A program made the translations under genes and the position numbers. A model generated the notes under the pieces. That model had not been told where the DNA came from and made no database searches. It saw only the letters and a list, made by a program, of their open reading frames with translations. A DNA stretch of 61,838 nucleotides, filler included, from Circinaria calcarea (taxonomy: Eukaryota): NCBI GenBank assembly GCA_051942165.1. It is 2 parts of 2 records of this genome, joined end to end, with 100 filler letters (N's around TTAATTAATTAA, not from the genome) between each part and the next. Parts side by side here need not be neighbours in the genome. Positions count along the whole stretch, not along the records: positions 31,187 to 61,838 come from JAVECS010000043.1; 1 more part is not named here. The stretch is one strand, 5' to 3'. Shown piece by piece: positions 57,498-61,838 of this stretch. The first letter of the stretch is position 1. Every line of letters starts with the position of its first letter.

Positions 57498-60400
57498 TTA
57501 CATCGTCGGAGCGTCGAGTTGGCGAGCAACTACGCTCAACCGTATCAGTACTCTGCCTTGTGCTGCAGCAAGATATCAGACATACTCTTTAGTATACCCT
57601 GCACCCCTTTCGTGGTTTTGCCCTGCTGAGCCTGTTTGGAACGACTGCCCGATGTACCAATGCCGCCGCTTGTACCAACGTTTCCCTCATCCGAACTACT
57701 ACTCTCAGAGCTACTTTCAGAAGAACTCTCGTCACTGATCCCACTTCCGTTCGTCTGAGCACTGCTACTTAGAGGTGACTGAACTCGCTCCCTTGGCGCA
57801 ACGGAATCCGCAAGCTTGCTTGCCGAAGGCTGGTGGTGCGCCGAGATTGTAGTATTTGACTTCAACCCAGAAAAGCTTGGAAAGCGACTAGAGGCTGGAT
57901 GCACTGGTTCGAACCGAAGCTTGTTCGCATTATCTCCTACCCTTGCGGATACTCGAAAAGTGTCGGGCGTCTTTGGAATGGTGACCATCGGAGTGTGAGA
58001 GGGCTTGATCGACTGGCGTGCTTCTCGCTGAAGCTGCTGGTCGGCCTCATAGTCGCTGTTACTCGTTCCCGGTGGCGTTCTAGATTTCCGGAAGGTCGGT
58101 AAAGTTGTTTCAGGGACTTTGAGAGGCTTCTGGCCATTTGTGCTTACAGGCGAAGAAGATGTGAAAATTTTCTTTTCAAGACCCGTCACAGATGCTATTT
58201 CCGTTGTTGCTGCACATGGGCGAAGGTGATCTTTTCTCAATACCTCCAGGCCGATTCGAGACGCAGCTTCAGCCGCTTCCTCGGACGCGGATTCTGAGTC
58301 CGACCCAGATTCGAAGTCCGACCCCGAACTAGACGAAGCTGACGAGAAGACCTCTCTTGCTGGAGAGCGGGAAGGCGAATTGGATTCAGATCTCACCTTG
58401 GCAATGGCTTGAGCTGCTTTGGGAGCTTTGACTCCTGAACGGATAAGCCCATCGAGCTTGATGGTTGGTTCGTGAAAGGCCGAAGTTACCTCTGAAGAAA
58501 TGGCGTCATTCTTCACCGAGGATGAGCTGGGGGTTGACCGACACTCGGATGGTCCCGCGACCACTTCGACTGCTAACTTTTCAGAATCTGTTTCATGTGA
58601 GGGAAGCGTCTCACTGTCCAACGACCCAATGACAGTCTCGCTTTGAAAAGGCTTTCGTGGCGAAGGTGGATCGGTAGCACGGCCCTTACCCTTTTCAACT
58701 GTTTTAGTCACACGAAGCTTCGACTGCTTTTTATGACTGGTGTCGAGTCCCTTGTTAATATCGCCAAAATTCTTCACATGGTCGCCGGATGTGGCAAGCT
58801 TCTTCGAAGGAGCCACCGGGGTTGTGATCACCTCCACGTTGGACCAAGATGATGGGAGACCATATTGGCCCTTGCCTACGCCGCTCGTTTTTACCAGAGC
58901 TTTCCGAGATATGGCATTTGGCTTCTCGATGGGCTGTTCCACAAACGAAACCGACCGTCGCGAACTGGCAGGGGATATCCGGAGGGCACTTGGTAAAGGA
59001 ACTTGCAAATCTAAATTGGTATTCCCGCGAGGTATGTCCGGGGAAGACTCCGACTCTCGGTCTATCAAAGACGAAACTCTACCGCTTTTGCCACCGGAAC
59101 TACAAGGTGCTATCGACCTGTCCGAATCCTCGGATCCTGAATCGAAAATTGGACCACTCCCAGAACTCTGCGTTTTTGCCACTCGCTTCGCCGCTGCTTG
59201 TTGCTCCTCGGTCCGCTGTGCTTTCCGATCCAATTTCTTTTGTTTGGCCTCTTGTGCGCGCTGATCTGGTGTTTTGTTTTTCTGCGACTCCTTAAGAGCC
59301 TTCCTTTCGGTGGCCGCTAGGTTTTTCCGCTCCCTTGAATCTTTCCCTACCGCTCTTTGCATTTGTGTCTTTCCACCAGAACTACTTGCACCTCCCTTGC
59401 TCGCCGGCGTGGATACAATTTTCGTCGCAGCCTTAGCGAAATCCAATCCAGAAGATTGCTGAGCTTTGCTATCTATTACACATTTTGCTTGCCTTGGATG
59501 TTCTACTTTTCCAGCTTGTTCGTTAAAGTATTCCCAGTTATCAGATTCGACAAGACCTATTGAAAGGTTTGGTCTGTGCTCCATATTTTGACCGTAGTCG
59601 TGGTCTTGGTCTTTACCGAGATCGTTTCTGCCACCGGAATTTCCTGGTAGTCCTTCCCTCGCTTGCAGTCTTGACGTAGTCCCAGTCTTACCTATTTGCT
59701 GAGATTCAAGTTTCTTTTGTCCAAACGGTTCAGATGGCATCTTGACAGCTTCGAGGCATCTTTCAGGACACTCATCTAACGCCCGATTTATGCGTAGCTC
59801 TAGCCCTTCTCGATCATCCGACTGGAGCTGACATCGTACTTGTTCTGCTGAAATTGGCCTTTCCAGCTGCATAGGTCTATCGAGCGCCATTTGGTTTCGA
59901 CTGTCCCCTGACTCTATAGTAGATGTAGGCCAATCTAATAGACCCTCAGTGGCGTCCGCATTAGCATAATTCTGGCTTTGGCCGTCACTTGAGTCGGTAT
60001 GAAATTGAGAGAACGGTCGAGGCTTGAAGCTCAGCGAGTGTTGTGTCTCATATCGATTTGTACCAGGGAGTTGTGAGAGATCTTGGGAGCTCTCTAGATC
60101 TGATCCTATGGGTTCATAAATATCTCTCGGTAACTTGCGCCCTAGAGCTAGCTTCCTGTGGCTGTCCCCAGAACATCTGAGTTTGGTGGCAGAGGTTTGC
60201 CTAGTCAATCTGCTCTCTGAAGTAGCTACTGTTATCGAGCCTTGGTCAGGGGGCTCAGGCGTTCTAAGAGGTGTAGAGCTGGTATACCAAGGCGGTGCCG
60301 CCATAGACCCTGACAGATTGGTACGGTTGGTCTTAGATATAGGCACAGATGGCTTGATGAAAGGACCGAAAGCCGGCAGGTCAACTGGGTCTTGACCCGC

Positions 60401-61411
60401 AACAGGCGAACCTCTACTGGAACGAGGTACACTGTAAATTGTGCTCTGCGGATCAGGGGATTCGGACTTTGGCTGAGTGCCAATACTAGCTTGAACGTGA
60501 TCGTCGGTGTCACCTGCCAACGAGATGGCCTTCTGATGTGGTGAATTCGAGGTGACAGCAAGCTCTGTCCGAACCTGCGCGAGCGGGCCTTGGGGACTAG
60601 AAACAGAGAGAGATTGTGGTGTTCCGTACGAGTTGTGTTCTAGACAAAGTCATCAACGGCCTCAAGCGAACATTGACTTAAAGTACTAACGGTCTTTGCC
60701 TGGCGAGGGTTGCGAGTCGGCTATGATATATGGGGAGGGGCTATGTTCTGTTGGTCCAGGCTTCTCGTGAACTTGATTTAAATCCCTTTCGTTTGACAGA
60801 ATAGGGCGATCCGGATGTATTCCATCGGCGAAGTGTCCCTCTCCTAATTTCTGGCGTTTGTTGATCGCACCGCAAGCTCCGTTGCCCTGACCGTAATCTT
60901 GCCTTCCAAATGTTGCCTGCTCTAGTAACCTGTTCTGGTGGCGTTTCTGGGGCCTGGCAGTAGATTCAGGAGCAATTGATGCAAAGCGAGCAGGGTTTAA
61001 TAGCTCTTGTGGGTCAGGCGAAAACCGTGCGACCCGTACTGTGAAGTCCTTTATGTGGGCCATTCCACCGGTCCGATCTGCAAAGCACTCACTAACCGTA
61101 TCATTTCCGTCCAATATTCCACAATATCCATCTTCAAGCCATTTTATCTTGAGCTTCCTAAAGGCAGATAGCAGTTAGCGGCAGAATTTGAGGGTAACCC
61201 AAGGCGCGTTAATGACCAAACCATACCCCTTCCCTTTGTGTATATTTTCAAACCGCGTTTCAATTCTTGCAGCTAACTCTGATATTGTAAGATTCTCAGC
61301 GCAGGGCTCGGTCCAAGGCAAGACCACCTCCTTGCGCTCCGACGAACCCCCAGTAACAGCCGCTGTGTCTTGCCACGGTAGAACCTGAACCTGAAGACGT
61401 AACAGCTTCAT
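57498..61411 (-). CDS. Net1/Dnt1-like nucleolar protein (Cdc14-binding-type N-terminal domain plus long S/K-rich disordered region), multi-exon
   Basis: The N-terminus MKLLRLQVQVLP...NLTISELAARIETRFENIH|...LKIKWLED...LDGNDTVSECF matches my recollection of the Net1/Tof2/Dnt1 N-domain. The inferred last exon IARQLDAPTM* ends at 57498. Confidence 0.65.
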
Positions 61412-61565
61412 TTCTGGGAGCTATGATTGAGCCTTGTGAAAAAGGCGCTGGTATGCCCTGAAATAACGAGAAAAGAGGAGAGATGGAAATTATCGGCGCA
61501 AAGCATTCCGATCCGACAGCAGCGTACCAGAGATCCCTAAACGATGCCGTATATTCCCCGCATTC

Positions 61566-61838
61566 CAATTACTATTTTAAAAATTTATTACTCCACCAAT
61601 AATCTTAATAAATTTAATTTTTATAAATATAAATATTTTATTATACCCGAATACATAAATTATTATGAAAAAATATAATTTAATAAAAAATATATTTATA
61701 ATATTTATATCAAAATATTTAATTGCGGTTTTAACCCGGCTCGTTTCACGGGCTATATTATATTAAATTATAATATTTATAAATATTATTTTGGAATTAA
61801 TATCGGATTTAAAAAAATATTTATAAATTTATTATAAT
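61566..61838. repeat. Start of an extremely AT-rich block (likely heavily RIP-mutated repeat)
   Basis: Abrupt shift to almost pure A/T, with surviving CCG/CGG/CG islands and few CA/TG dinucleotides. Confidence 0.65.

Overview
Intron-containing genomic DNA from a filamentous ascomycete (Pezizomycotina). Evidence is GT-AG introns of about 50-70 nt with CTAAC/CTGAC-type branch points and fungal-specific genes such as palH and a Zn2Cys6 factor. A lichen-forming lineage is possible but not shown by the sequence. The window has four zones. (1) About 1-11.3 kb is an accessory island: a caspase-like (peptidase C14) protease fused to a C-terminal pseudokinase and bracketed by two inverted solo-LTR-like repeats, a tiny beta-rich ORF, a DUF6594 membrane protein, and a kinase-Sel1-like-ankyrin gene with an in-frame TGA. 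I infer this is a candidate fungal immunity or regulated-cell-death module, and it is the most interesting signal here. (2) About 11.8-21 kb holds palH/RIM21, an F-box gene, a GH127 glycoside hydrolase and a secreted Cys-rich SRPBCC-like protein. (3) About 21.4-29.7 kb is a decayed zone with the remains of a secondary-metabolite cluster: a truncated MFS pump with a CAG>TAG stop, an LTR-retroelement scar, a frameshifted and truncated DUF4188 monooxygenase, and a frameshifted Zn2Cys6 regulator. (4) After a 100-nt assembly gap carrying an artificial stop linker comes a housekeeping block: RhoGAP, RSM23/DAP3, RRS1, MCM7, PEX1, an esterase, a FAR1-type DNA-binding protein, a LYAR zinc finger, a branched-chain aminotransferase, ERV2 and a Net1/Dnt1-like protein, ending in a very AT-rich block. 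Gene models were spliced by eye and family calls come from remembered motifs. No database searches were run.
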